DNA of 64,000 bases from Ignavibacteriota bacterium (GTDB lineage: Bacteria; Bacteroidota; Ignavibacteria; Tepidaquicellales; Tepidaquicellaceae): positions 5,062 to 69,061 of the forward strand of contig JAPLFJ010000038.1 in NCBI GenBank assembly GCA_026390735.1, given 5' to 3'. How positions within the stretch are numbered: the stretch's first letter is position 1; the number at the start of each line of letters is the position of its first letter. The notes under the pieces are model-generated. The model had not been told where the DNA came from, did not search any database, and saw only the letters and a program-made list of their open reading frames with translations. Positions 1 through 10,300 of this stretch are shown here, piece after piece. The position numbers and the translations under genes are program-made.

Positions 1-929
1 TATTTGGAAAGATATCTTTCACCTGTATCACAGACTATAAACACTACTACAGAATCTTCAGAAAGGTTCTTTGCGACTTCAAGAGCAAGGAATGCATTCA
101 TACCTGAAGATGCTCCGCAGAAAATCCCCTCTTCTCTTGCAAGACGTCTGCACATATTGATTGAATCCTTATCCGATACAGACACAATTTCATCGACGTA
201 TGTGAAATCAGTAATCGGCGGAATCTCATCCGTTCCAAGTCCTTCAACAAGGTATGGAGAAGTTTCGGCAGTCTTACCCGTATCTTTGTAGAGTTTGAAA
301 TTCGAGCCGACCGGGTCAGCTCCAATAATCTTTATATCAGGGTTCTGATCTTTCAGGTATTTTGAAACACCTGTCATAGTTCCTGCAGTACCTACACCAC
401 AGACAAAATGCGTAATCCATCCTTTTGTGTCTTTCCAGATTTCAGGCCCTGTTGTTTTATAATGTGCTAGCGGGTTTGCTTTATTAGCGTACTGATTAAG
501 ATTTACTGCACCGGGTATTTCAAGCGAAATTGCTTTTGCTTTATTCCTGTAATAATCGGGAGAGTCGGGTGTTGCTTCTTTAGGAACGACAATAACTTCT
601 GCTCCGAGTGCTTTTAGATAATTCTGCTTTTCGACGCTTGCTTTATCAGTCATTACGAGAATAACGTTATAACCTTTAAGTTTTCCTGCAAGAGTAAGAC
701 CGATACCCGTGTTGCCGCTCGTTGCTTCAACAATTGTTCCGCCTTTTTTAAGCAACCCTTTGTTTTCTGCATCTTCAATCATTGCAAGCCCGATTCTATC
801 CTTAACACTTCCGCCCGGATTAAGTGATTCTATTTTTGCCAATACTATAGGCTTAATGCTTTCAGTAAGTCTGTTTAATTTAACTAACGGGGTATGCCCT
901 ATTAATTCAAGTATACTGTGATAATACAT
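1..929 (-). CDS. Cysteine synthase / cystathionine beta-synthase family PLP enzyme (3' end cut by window edge)
   Basis: Not in ORF track because it runs off the edge. My minus-strand translation from ATG at 929 reads [21 protein letters not shown]...[20 protein letters not shown]...[13 protein letters not shown]...[10 protein letters not shown]. The SVKDR PLP-lysine motif and GNTG loop are typical of CysK/CysM/CBS. Confidence 0.85.
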   Translation of the reverse strand, partial: MYYHSILELIGHTPLVKLNRLTESIKPIVLAKIESLNPGGSVKDRIGLAMIEDAENKGLLKKGGTIVEATSGNTGIGLTLAGKLKGYNVILVMTDKASVEKQNYLKALGAEVIVVPKEATPDSPDYYRNKAKAISLEIPGAVNLNQYANKANPLAHYKTTGPEIWKDTKGWITHFVCGVGTAGTMTGVSKYLKDQNPDIKIIGADPVGSNFKLYKDTGKTAETSPYLVEGLGTDEIPPITDFTYVDEIVSVSDKDSINMCRRLAREEGIFCGASSGMNAFLALEVAKNLSEDSVVVFIVCDTGERYLSK

Positions 930-1054
930 TCTTAGATTCTATTTATTCTGAATTTCAATCAAATTATTTTAATCGGAAATAATAAACAATTGAAAAGGCA
1001 GTGTATTTTCTTTTAAATTGAAGTAAGATTCCAATTTAGATATATTTAAGGCTT

Positions 1055-2218
1055 ATGAAGAAATATCTGTTAATATTCCTTTTCGTCGCTTTTTATTCAA
1101 ACGGCCAGAGTTTCGACTTCACAAAAGTTGATAACTTAATCCTTAATGGAATATCGAATAAATACTTTCCCGGAGCGGCATTAATAATTGGCAATAAGAC
1201 AGATATAATGTATGAAAAGTATTTTGGCGGGTTCACTTACGATGATAATGACCAGGGTGTAACTGAAAACTCAATCTATGATTTAGCTTCAGTCACAAAA
1301 GTGATTGCTACAACTTCCGCAGTAATGAAGTTATATGAAAGCGGATTGCTTGACCTGGACACAAAAGTATCTTATTATTTCCCAGAATTTGCTGTCAACG
1401 GGAAAGAGAATATTACAGTAAGGAATTTACTTCTTCATAACTCAGGACTGAAAGCCTGGGTTCCGTTTTATCAGACGTGCAAAAACAAAGCAGATGTTGT
1501 AAATACAATTTTCACAATCGGACTTGAATACGAAACAGGAAGTAAGTTCTTATACAGTGATTTGAATTTTATTACACTCGGATTAATCGTGGAAAAGATA
1601 TCCGGACTTTCTCTCGCTGAATACTGCAGGAAAGAAGTTTTTTATCCGCTGAAGATGGATAATACATTCTTTACACCTGACCAGAAAGTTTTAAATAATG
1701 TTGTACCGACTGAATTCGACGCGAACTGGCGAAAGAGACAATTAAAGGGCGAAGTCCACGACGAATCGGCTGCTTTATTGGATGGTATTTCAGGTAACGC
1801 GGGGCTATTTTCCAATGCAAGAGACCTTTACACTTTGATGCGTGTTTTGCAAAATAATGGTAAATATAACAATCCATACTCAAGAGGAATAAAACAGGAA
1901 TCGCTGTTTAAAGAAGAAACGGTTAATCTGTTTTTATCGAAGTACATAACAGGAGGTTATGCGAGTACACGGGCAATGGGATGGGATACTAAACAGGAAC
2001 CTGTAGGAAAATACCGTTCACAGTGCGGCGAACTGATTTCAGCAAACTGTTTCGGTCATACTGGTTACACAGGAACGAGTGTATGGTGCGACAGGGACAG
2101 GGACATTGTAGTTATATTTTTAACGAACAGGGTTTATCCCTCAAGAGGCAACGACGGAATAAAAGAAATAAGACCTGAACTACATAATTTAATAATCAAA
2201 ACTTTAACAAATAAATAA
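1055..2218 (+). CDS. Secreted serine hydrolase, class C beta-lactamase / DD-peptidase-like
   Basis: 387 aa with a signal-like N-terminus (MKKYLLIFLFVAFYSNG). SxxK motif (ASVTKV), YSD box and HTG box (GHTGYTG). Confidence 0.8.
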   Translation: MKKYLLIFLFVAFYSNGQSFDFTKVDNLILNGISNKYFPGAALIIGNKTDIMYEKYFGGFTYDDNDQGVTENSIYDLASVTKVIATTSAVMKLYESGLLDLDTKVSYYFPEFAVNGKENITVRNLLLHNSGLKAWVPFYQTCKNKADVVNTIFTIGLEYETGSKFLYSDLNFITLGLIVEKISGLSLAEYCRKEVFYPLKMDNTFFTPDQKVLNNVVPTEFDANWRKRQLKGEVHDESAALLDGISGNAGLFSNARDLYTLMRVLQNNGKYNNPYSRGIKQESLFKEETVNLFLSKYITGGYASTRAMGWDTKQEPVGKYRSQCGELISANCFGHTGYTGTSVWCDRDRDIVVIFLTNRVYPSRGNDGIKEIRPELHNLIIKTLTNK

Positions 2219-2231
2219 CTAAACAAGTATT

Positions 2232-3788
2232 ATGGGAACTTCAAAATTTAAGAATGAGCCGTTTACTGATTTCACGGATAAGAAAAACAGAAAAGCATTT
2301 GAAAATGCTCTGGAAGAAGTAAGACAGAGATTCAACAAGGAATATCCTCTCGTAATAGGCGGAGAGAAATTATTCACAGACGATAAATTACGTTCATACA
2401 ATCCTTCAAAACCTGATGAAGTACTCGGTACTTTCCAGAAAGCAACAGTTGAGCAGGCACTTCACGCTGTAGAAACAGCAAACGCTAAGTTTTGTGAATG
2501 GAAACTTGTTTCACCGAATAAACGTGCCGAATATCTTTTCAAAGCAGCAAAGATAATGAGAAAGAGAAAACATTTGTTCTCTGCGATGATGGTTTACGAA
2601 GTCGGCAAGAACTGGGCAGAAGCAGACGGCGATACGGCAGAAGCGATTGACTTCATGGAATTCTATGCAAGAGAAATGATAAGATACAGTGAAGACCAGC
2701 CGTTAACAAAACTTCCCGGTGAAAAGAATAAACTTGTTTATTTACCGCTTGGTGTCGGGCTTGTTATTCCGCCATGGAACTTCCCACTCGCTATTTTAGC
2801 AGGTATGGCAACAGCCTCGATAGTAACGGGTAACACAGTAGTACTTAAACCATCGAGTGACTCCCCTGCAATTGCACAGATGTTCGTAGAACTTATGGAA
2901 GAAGTAAAACTTCCTAAGGGTGTGCTTAATTTCGTAACAGGCGGCGGTGGTACGATTGGTGATGTGCTTGTACAACATCATTTAATAAGGTACATATCTT
3001 TCACAGGTTCGATGGAAGTCGGATTAAGGATAAACGAACTTGCAGCAAAGAAACAGCAGCATCAGATATGGATTAAGAGGGTTGTTGCCGAAATGGGCGG
3101 CAAGGATACAATGGTTATCGATAAGGATTTACACAGTTTTGATGATGCAGTGCTCGGAACGATTCAGGCAGCATTCGGATTCCAGGGACAGAAATGTTCT
3201 GCGTGTTCGAGAGTTGTTGTTGACGAGAGTATTTACGATAAATTCTGCGAAGCGCTTGTAACAAGAGCAGGAACACTCAGAGTCGGAGAAACAAAAGACA
3301 ATCCGAATATGGGTCCTGTCATCAATGCAGCCTCAAAGAATAAAATAATGGATTACATACATACAGCAGTAAAAGAAGGCGGAAAGATAATTCACGGCGG
3401 TAATGAAATCGAAGGCGGATATTTTATAGAACCTACTATCATCAGGGATGTAAAGCCATTCGATACCATTTCACAGGAAGAAATATTCGGACCTGTACTT
3501 GCAGTGATTAAATCACCAAACTTTGACGAATCGCTGAAGATTGCGAACAACACAGTGTTCGGATTAACTGGTGCTGCATATTCCAGCAGCAAAAAGAAGT
3601 TGCAAAAAGCGGATGAGGAATTTTTCGTAGGAAATTTGTATCTTAACAGGAAATGCACAGGAGCTTTGGTCGGAGTTCATCCGTTTGGCGGTTTTAACAT
3701 GAGCGGAACAGACTCAAAAGCTGGTGGCAGGGATTATTTATTACTGTTCATGCAGGCAAAACTTTCAAGCAAAAAAATCATTAAATAA
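2232..3788 (+). CDS. rocA: 1-pyrroline-5-carboxylate (L-glutamate gamma-semialdehyde) dehydrogenase
   Basis: 518 aa aldehyde dehydrogenase. NEPFTDFT N-terminus, AEMGGKD general base, GQKCSA catalytic Cys and FGGFNMSGTDSKAGG C-terminus, collinear with Bacillus RocA as I recall it. Confidence 0.85.
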   Translation: MGTSKFKNEPFTDFTDKKNRKAFENALEEVRQRFNKEYPLVIGGEKLFTDDKLRSYNPSKPDEVLGTFQKATVEQALHAVETANAKFCEWKLVSPNKRAEYLFKAAKIMRKRKHLFSAMMVYEVGKNWAEADGDTAEAIDFMEFYAREMIRYSEDQPLTKLPGEKNKLVYLPLGVGLVIPPWNFPLAILAGMATASIVTGNTVVLKPSSDSPAIAQMFVELMEEVKLPKGVLNFVTGGGGTIGDVLVQHHLIRYISFTGSMEVGLRINELAAKKQQHQIWIKRVVAEMGGKDTMVIDKDLHSFDDAVLGTIQAAFGFQGQKCSACSRVVVDESIYDKFCEALVTRAGTLRVGETKDNPNMGPVINAASKNKIMDYIHTAVKEGGKIIHGGNEIEGGYFIEPTIIRDVKPFDTISQEEIFGPVLAVIKSPNFDESLKIANNTVFGLTGAAYSSSKKKLQKADEEFFVGNLYLNRKCTGALVGVHPFGGFNMSGTDSKAGGRDYLLLFMQAKLSSKKIIK

Positions 3789-3796
3789 TTACGATT

Positions 3797-4036
3797 ATGA
3801 ATTATTTTAAATTTGGTGTTGCATTGTTCGTACTTATCGGAATACTGAGCTGCGGCAGAGTGAAAGAAAAAGTAGAGCAAAAGGTTAATGAAAAGATAGA
3901 CCAGACTATTGACAAGAGTCTTGAGAAAATAGATTCAGCTTTTACCAAATCGAATCTTGATTCGCTGAAGAAAGCAGTCGAGAAAATGGATTCTTTATCG
4001 AAGAAAATTGACAAAAAACTTAAGGATAATAATTAA
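3797..4036 (+). CDS. Small lipoprotein, K/E-rich helical, unknown function
   Basis: 79 aa with signal peptide plus lipobox (LIGILSCG). Sits between two co-oriented genes. The antisense ORF 3802-4014 is likely a shadow. Confidence 0.5.
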   Translation: MNYFKFGVALFVLIGILSCGRVKEKVEQKVNEKIDQTIDKSLEKIDSAFTKSNLDSLKKAVEKMDSLSKKIDKKLKDNN

Positions 4037-4047
4037 AACATAATTAA

Positions 4048-5271
4048 ATGAAAATACACGAATATCAGGCAAAAGCACTTCTGAAAAAGTACGGAGTTGC
4101 GATTCAGGACGGTGTAGCGATCAAATCAATCGATGAGTTTGATAATGCCGTTAACACTCTTCGCGAACGCGGAGTAAATCAGTTTGTTGTTAAATCTCAG
4201 ATTCATGCAGGAGGCAGAGGTAAAGGTACAGTTTATAACAAGAACAACCGTGAAGAAGTAGTTGTTCAGGGCGGTGTTAAGTTCTTTGGCAGCAATGTTG
4301 AAGGTGCGAGAGAATACGCAGCCAAGATAATTGGTAACATTCTTGTTACACATCAGTCAGGTGCAGAGGGAAAAGAAATACAGACATTATTCATAGCAGA
4401 AGGTCTTGATTACAAGAAAGAGCTTTATCTGAGCATACTTCTTGACAGGTCAAATTCAAAAGACGTGATAATGGCATCTACAGAAGGCGGAGTTGAGATT
4501 GAAAAAGTAGCTGAAGAAACACCTGAGAAGATTATTAAAGTCTGGGTAGAACCGGGTTTAGGTCTTCAGAGTTATCAGGCAAGAGAACTTGCGTTCGGAT
4601 TACAACTTGAAGGTTCTGCTTTTAAAGATTTCACAAAGTTCATCATGGCGCTTTACAGAGCATACCTGGAAACAGATGCAACTATGCTTGAAGTTAATCC
4701 TTTAATTATCACAAACGACGATAAGATACTTGCACTCGATGCAAAGATTGGGCTTGATGACAATGCCTTATTCAGACATAAAGATTATGAAGCATTACGC
4801 GATTTAAACGAAGAAGACCCGCTTGAGATAGAAGCATCTAAATCGAATTTAAATTATATTAAACTCGACGGTAACGTAGGATGTATGGTTAATGGAGCAG
4901 GACTTGCGATGGGTACGATGGATTTGATTAAACTCGCTGGTGGTGAACCGGCTAACTTCCTCGATGTTGGCGGTACGGCATCGGCAGAGACTGTTGAGAA
5001 CGGGTTTAAGATTATATTAACAGACCCTAACGTTAAAGCAATACTTATTAATATTTTCGGCGGTATCGTAAGATGCGACAGAGTAGCAAACGGAGTTATT
5101 CAGGCATCGAGAAACTTAAACCTTAATATTCCTGTAGTTGTAAGACTTCAGGGAACGAATGCAGAAGAAGCAAGACAGCTTTTAACTGATTCAGGTTTAA
5201 ACCTTATCGCAGCAGATACCTTACAGGATGCGGCCGATAAAGTAACACAGGCATTAGCACAGGCAGTTTAA
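4048..5271 (+). CDS. sucC: Succinyl-CoA ligase (ADP-forming) beta subunit
   Basis: 407 aa. [10 protein letters not shown]-terminus, [15 protein letters not shown] and [10 protein letters not shown] motifs. Confidence 0.95.
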   Translation: MKIHEYQAKALLKKYGVAIQDGVAIKSIDEFDNAVNTLRERGVNQFVVKSQIHAGGRGKGTVYNKNNREEVVVQGGVKFFGSNVEGAREYAAKIIGNILVTHQSGAEGKEIQTLFIAEGLDYKKELYLSILLDRSNSKDVIMASTEGGVEIEKVAEETPEKIIKVWVEPGLGLQSYQARELAFGLQLEGSAFKDFTKFIMALYRAYLETDATMLEVNPLIITNDDKILALDAKIGLDDNALFRHKDYEALRDLNEEDPLEIEASKSNLNYIKLDGNVGCMVNGAGLAMGTMDLIKLAGGEPANFLDVGGTASAETVENGFKIILTDPNVKAILINIFGGIVRCDRVANGVIQASRNLNLNIPVVVRLQGTNAEEARQLLTDSGLNLIAADTLQDAADKVTQALAQAV

Positions 5272-5295
5272 TACTAATAAATTAACTTAATTTTT

Positions 5296-5333
5296 GGGAA
5301 AGTTCAGAGTTCAACTCTGTCCTTTCCCCTTTT
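5296..5333 (+). terminator. Rho-independent terminator after sucC
   Basis: gggaaag..cagagttcaactctg..cctttccc nested hairpin followed by cttttaa. Confidence 0.7.
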
Positions 5334-5345
5334 AATGTATACAAT

Positions 5346-6389
5346 ATGTCATATAAAAATATTCTTTCAGACGATTCATTAACGTACGATGATGTTTCGT
5401 TACTGCCGAATCAGATTTCGGAACTGGAACACAGGTCAGACTGCGACACTTCAGTTGACTTCTGCGGAATAAAATTATCAGTCCCCATCATTGCTTCCCC
5501 AATGAACACAGTTTGCGGCGGCAGGATGGCAAAGGCATTATCAGAACTCGGCACACTCGGAATACTTCACAGGTTCAATTCTGCAGAAGAGCAGGTAGCA
5601 GAATTCAAGGATAACGGGTTTGAATCATCTGAATACTTTTCAGCAGCAATCGGTATAAGCGAGCATACAGAAATCAGCAGACTGAAAGTCCTTGCAGACT
5701 ATGGTGTAAAGATTTACTGTATAGATATAGCAAACGGCGGTTCAAAAATGATTGAAAGGTTTTTAAAGAGTATCCGCCCGACAGTTGATGAATATAAACT
5801 GAAGATAATTGCGGGAAACGTTGCAAGTTCTGAGACGACAAAGTTTTTAATAAACCTTGGAGTTGATGCTATAAGAGTCGGAATCGGTAACGGTGCTATG
5901 TGCTCTACTTCAATTAAATCAGGAATAGGTATCGGACAGGTAGATGCAATAGTCCGTGCATTGAGTGCAAGAGATGATTTAAGAAGCAGCGTTAAGATTA
6001 TTGCTGACGGAGGCATAAGTACTCCGGGAGCAATGTGTAAGGCAATTGCTCTGGGATGCGACGCAGTAATGTTCGGAAGAGTTCTTGCAGGAACTGATGA
6101 AGCTCCGGGTGAAGTTTTGAAATATAATAACCAGAGATGGAAGAAGTATTGCGGAAGTGCTTCATTTGCAGTAAAACAGGAAAACAAGAATTATATAGAG
6201 GGTGAAGAATCTCTCGTACCTTATAAAGGAGCTGTTAAAAAGCTAATTAAAGAATACAAAGAAGGTTTACAGTCATCTATGAGTTATCTGAATTCAAAAG
6301 ACATCAGCGAATACCAGAAGAGAGCTACATTCGTGAGATTAACTTCCCATTCATTCCTTGAAAGGAAGCCTCAAGTAGATAATGGTTAA
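5346..6389 (+). CDS. IMPDH/GMP reductase family protein (GMP reductase-like, no CBS insert)
   Basis: 347 aa TIM-barrel signature: SPMNTV, CIDIANG, catalytic-loop GAMCST, ADGGI, VMFG. Length fits GMP reductase. Confidence 0.7.
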   Translation: MSYKNILSDDSLTYDDVSLLPNQISELEHRSDCDTSVDFCGIKLSVPIIASPMNTVCGGRMAKALSELGTLGILHRFNSAEEQVAEFKDNGFESSEYFSAAIGISEHTEISRLKVLADYGVKIYCIDIANGGSKMIERFLKSIRPTVDEYKLKIIAGNVASSETTKFLINLGVDAIRVGIGNGAMCSTSIKSGIGIGQVDAIVRALSARDDLRSSVKIIADGGISTPGAMCKAIALGCDAVMFGRVLAGTDEAPGEVLKYNNQRWKKYCGSASFAVKQENKNYIEGEESLVPYKGAVKKLIKEYKEGLQSSMSYLNSKDISEYQKRATFVRLTSHSFLERKPQVDNG

Positions 6390-7794
6390 AATATTCTGGT
6401 TCAGAAAAGACTTAAGAATTTTTGATAACAGGGCATTAGAGCATTTTATTGAAGATACAAAGCCCGGTGAAAAGTTTTTGTTACTATACATAAAGAACCG
6501 GAACAGTTTTAAATATTTTGGAGAGATGAGGGTTTCTTTCCTTTATGAGTCCCTGAAAGAAATGGTAATTTTACTTAAAGAAAAAGGTTATAACTTCAAT
6601 ATTATTAAGGGAGATAGCCCTATAGTTTTTAAGGAGTTACAATCTAAGTATGGAAATATTTCCGTTTATGCTAACAGGCAGACAGAACCCTATTCGATTG
6701 AGAGGGATAAGGCGATTATGGATTTCCTTAGTACAAAGGGCAGTTCTCTTAAATTATATTCTGATACTACATTATTTGAGCCCGATGAGATAACGAAGGA
6801 TGATGGAAATCCGTATTCTGTATTTACACCTTTCAGCAGGAAGTGTTTAAATCTGATAAGCGAAAATCACTATAAATCCAGCAATTGTAAGATTGAGAAA
6901 CTAAGTCCGGAAGATAATATATCATCAGAGATATTTAAGTATGAAGATTTAAAGAAGTCTCCCCTATTCTGCGGAGGCAGGACTGAAGGATTAAGATTAC
7001 TCAAAGAATTTTACAAGAACGGACTTGATAAATATAAATCACAAAGAGACTTCCCTTCTGTTAAGGGTACAAGTTTTCTTTCTGCACATCTGCACTTTGG
7101 TACTGTAAGCATCAGAGAATGTTACAGAGCAGCATTAAAGAAGCAAAAAGAAATAAAGAATGATGAAGAAGTAAAAGTATGGATGAATGAACTGCTGTGG
7201 AGGGAGTTTTATTACCATATTACGCATCATTTTCCTTATGTGATTAATTCTTCATTTAAGAAGCAATACGATAAACTTGAATGGAACTACGATGAGAAAT
7301 CATTTAAGAAATGGTGCGAAGGAAAGACAGGATATCCTATAGTTGATGCAGGAATGCGACAGTTAAACGAAGAAGGATGGATGCATAACAGAGTAAGAAT
7401 GATAACAGCAATGTTCCTTACAAAAGATTTGTTCATTGACTGGAGATGGGGTGAGAAGTATTTTGCGGAGAAACTAATAGATTTAGATTTTGCTTCAAAT
7501 AACGGCGGATGGCAATGGAGTGCTTCCACTGGATGCGATGCACAACCATATTTCAGGATATTTAACCCTTATCTGCAAAGTCAGAGGTTCGACGCAAAGG
7601 GAACATACATCAGAAAGTACGTAAAAGAGTTAAAGAATGTCCCTGATAAGTGCATTCATAAACCCGATGATATGAATAAGGAGCAGCAAGTTAATTGCGG
7701 AGTGGTAATCGGGAAAGATTATCCTTTTCCAATAGTCGAGCATAAGAGTGTGAAAGAAAATGTATTAAATAAGTTTAAGAGTATTACCAAATAA
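6382..7794 (+). CDS. phr: Deoxyribodipyrimidine photolyase / cryptochrome family
   Basis: 470 aa. TGYPIVDAGMRQL, GWMHNRVRM and DLDFASNNGGWQW FAD-binding signatures. Start overlaps the upstream stop by 8 nt. Confidence 0.9.
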   Translation: MVKIFWFRKDLRIFDNRALEHFIEDTKPGEKFLLLYIKNRNSFKYFGEMRVSFLYESLKEMVILLKEKGYNFNIIKGDSPIVFKELQSKYGNISVYANRQTEPYSIERDKAIMDFLSTKGSSLKLYSDTTLFEPDEITKDDGNPYSVFTPFSRKCLNLISENHYKSSNCKIEKLSPEDNISSEIFKYEDLKKSPLFCGGRTEGLRLLKEFYKNGLDKYKSQRDFPSVKGTSFLSAHLHFGTVSIRECYRAALKKQKEIKNDEEVKVWMNELLWREFYYHITHHFPYVINSSFKKQYDKLEWNYDEKSFKKWCEGKTGYPIVDAGMRQLNEEGWMHNRVRMITAMFLTKDLFIDWRWGEKYFAEKLIDLDFASNNGGWQWSASTGCDAQPYFRIFNPYLQSQRFDAKGTYIRKYVKELKNVPDKCIHKPDDMNKEQQVNCGVVIGKDYPFPIVEHKSVKENVLNKFKSITK

Positions 7795-7819
7795 TTTTAA
7801 TAAAACAATTATAAGTATT

Positions 7820-8581
7820 ATGAGAAAGAAACTAATAGCAGGAAACTGGAAGATGAACAAGAGTTTATCTGAAGCAAAAGTACTGATGAACGAGATTAAA
7901 TCAGCAGTATCGAAAGAAGTTGCTAGTAAAGTAGATGTTGTGGTCTGTCCCCCGTTCATTTCTTTATCTGCCGCAGCAGAAATATTTGTCGGTTCAGGAA
8001 TAGAATTCGGTGCACAGAACATTCATTACAAAGATGACGGGGCTTTTACGGGAGAAATATCGGCATCGATGTTAAGGGATTTAGGATGTGAATACGTAAT
8101 TCTTGGACACAGCGAAAGAAGACAGTATTTCCACGAAACTAATCACTTAATCAATTTTAAAGTTATTAAAGCACTTGAAAAAGGACTAACCCCGATTCTC
8201 TGCGTAGGCGAAACACTCGAACAAAGAGAACAAGGAATCGAAGTGAAAATAGTTGACGAGCAGGTAACGATGTGTCTGAAAGATGTCTGTGCTATGGATA
8301 TGCAAAGAGTTGTAATTGCCTACGAACCGGTCTGGGCAATTGGAACAGGAAAGACGGCATCACCGGAACAGGCAGACGGAATGCACATGGAAATCAGAAA
8401 ATCACTCGAGAATCTTTACAATGCAACAGTCGCTGGAAGTACAAGAATCCTATACGGCGGAAGTATGAATGACAAGAATGCAAAAGAATTACTCGGAAAG
8501 CAAAACATAGACGGTGGATTAATCGGCGGCGCAGCATTAAAAGCAGACAGTTTATTAAAGATAATCGAAGCAGGATTATAG
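7820..8581 (+). CDS. tpiA: Triosephosphate isomerase
   Basis: 253 aa. NWKMN, GHSERR and AYEPVWAIGTG motifs. Confidence 0.95.
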   Translation: MRKKLIAGNWKMNKSLSEAKVLMNEIKSAVSKEVASKVDVVVCPPFISLSAAAEIFVGSGIEFGAQNIHYKDDGAFTGEISASMLRDLGCEYVILGHSERRQYFHETNHLINFKVIKALEKGLTPILCVGETLEQREQGIEVKIVDEQVTMCLKDVCAMDMQRVVIAYEPVWAIGTGKTASPEQADGMHMEIRKSLENLYNATVAGSTRILYGGSMNDKNAKELLGKQNIDGGLIGGAALKADSLLKIIEAGL

Positions 8582-8928
8582 TATAATCAGTTTTTATTGA
8601 TATATTTATAACCAATAAATTTAGAAGGGCTCGAATAATAGTTTCATAATTTGAGTCCTTCTGCAATTTCAAGTATTATTTTACAAACCCGCCAATAATC
8701 TTTCATTCTACAATTCTTTATGATACATTTAATTCGTTTTAGTGAAATATTAATAAAAAATAATTACTGCATTTTGTTATATATCTTGAATATAAAAACA
8801 TTAAGATGTAATTTATAATTAATTAAATCTTATACAAATATCTAAGAATATTTTAATGAGAAAGTTTAAATTACAAAGTTATTCAACACAGCACACACTC
8901 CTTTATTATAAAAAAATATATTATCTAT

Positions 8929-10255
8929 ATGAAAACTCAAAAAATCTTTTCACGCATACTTGATGTACTGATACTTCTTGTCTTCATGCTGTTTTTTGCT
9001 TCGGCAGGTTTTCAGGATAAGAGCACTTCGGGTTGGTATCAACAGTTCTTTCCGAATTTGAATGGAAATACTATTCAGGATAATACTTTCCTTGATAGCC
9101 TGACCGGTTTTGCTGTAACTACGACAACATCGTCATTATCATACATTTTAAAAACAACAAATGGTGGTGATAATTGGATTATTAATTATACTTCAAATAC
9201 AACATGGGGATTTAGAAGAATTATTTCTATTGATTCGAACACAATTTTTGCAGTTAGGAGTTATACAGAAATATTGAAAACAACTAATAAAGGTTCTACT
9301 TGGGAAATAATACCGTTAAACATATTTTGTGATGATATCTCAATCCTTAACAAAGATACAATGCTTGTAGTTAGCAGTAGTGGCTTTGACGGCGGCGTTT
9401 ACCGCACCACAAACGGAGGATATAACTGGCAAGCAATGGGACAAACAGGAGGAAGCGGACAGCCATCAACTATCTACATGTACAACATAGACATGGGGTT
9501 TTGTCTTGGCGGTCAAATGCGTAAAACCACAAACGGAGGTGTTAACTGGTTTGCAATAATTGGCGAAACATACACAAGTATTATGTTCGTTGATAGCTTA
9601 ACGGGTTGGAAAGTGACTGATAGTATTAAGAAAACAACCAATGGCGGAATAAATTGGGTAACACAAAAGACACCAATATTTAGTTCATACTTTAGTAATA
9701 ACACTTCTTTTTCTATTTTAAATAAAGACACTGTATGGATGGTAGGTGCAGAAAAATATGGTCGCCCCCCCGTTATATAAAACGACTAATGGAGGAATAA
9801 ATTGGGGTTATCAATTTCCTGATACAACATTACAGCGTTACTCTTTTAGTTTTATTTCTTTTGCAGATAAATTAAATGGATGGATTTATCCTTCTAGTAT
9901 TACTGTTCCATCTGAATCGCATACTGTTACAGGAGGCAACGACACAACATATATTACTGGTATAAATAATAATATTACATCTGTTCCAAAGGATTATATC
10001 TTGTCTCAGAACTATCCAAACCCGTTTAACAATTCAACAATTATCAATTATAAATTATCAATTAAAGGAGAGATAAAATTAATTGTATATAATATTATGG
10101 GTAAAGAAGTTAATACATTAATAAACAAAAAACAGACTGCAGGGACTTATGATGTTTCATTCAATGCAGGAAATCTTTCAAGCGGAGTTTATTTCTACAC
10201 TCTGTTTGCAGACGGAATAATCATTGATACAAAAAGAGCATTATTAATTAAATAG
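8929..10255 (+). pseudogene. BNR/Ycf48-like beta-propeller surface protein with T9SS-type C-terminal domain, split by a frameshift at a C7 tract
   Basis: ORFs 8929-9780 and 9746-10255 lie in adjacent frames. Five (K/R)TTNGGxNW blades occur before the break and a sixth (YKTTNGGINW) right after it. The second ORF ends in QNYPNPFNNST...SGVYFYTL sorting domain. Deleting one C restores a single reading frame. Confidence 0.65.
9765..9771 (+). repeat. Poly-C (7) homopolymer at the frameshift point
   Basis: ggtcg-ccccccc-gtt read directly from the sequence. Confidence 0.95.
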
Positions 10256-10300
10256 AAAACAAAAGATATAAACCATTTTATTAATTTAAACATAAAGTAT

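Noticed and set aside
4048-5333. sucC followed by a terminator instead of sucD.
   Set aside because: Unlinked sucC/sucD is common in FCB-group genomes as far as I know, so it is not evidence of anything unusual without the whole genome.
5296-5333. Structured GC-containing element after sucC, considered as a tRNA fragment or ncRNA.
   Set aside because: It is a simple nested hairpin followed by a T-run, without tRNA arms, so it is best explained as an intrinsic terminator.
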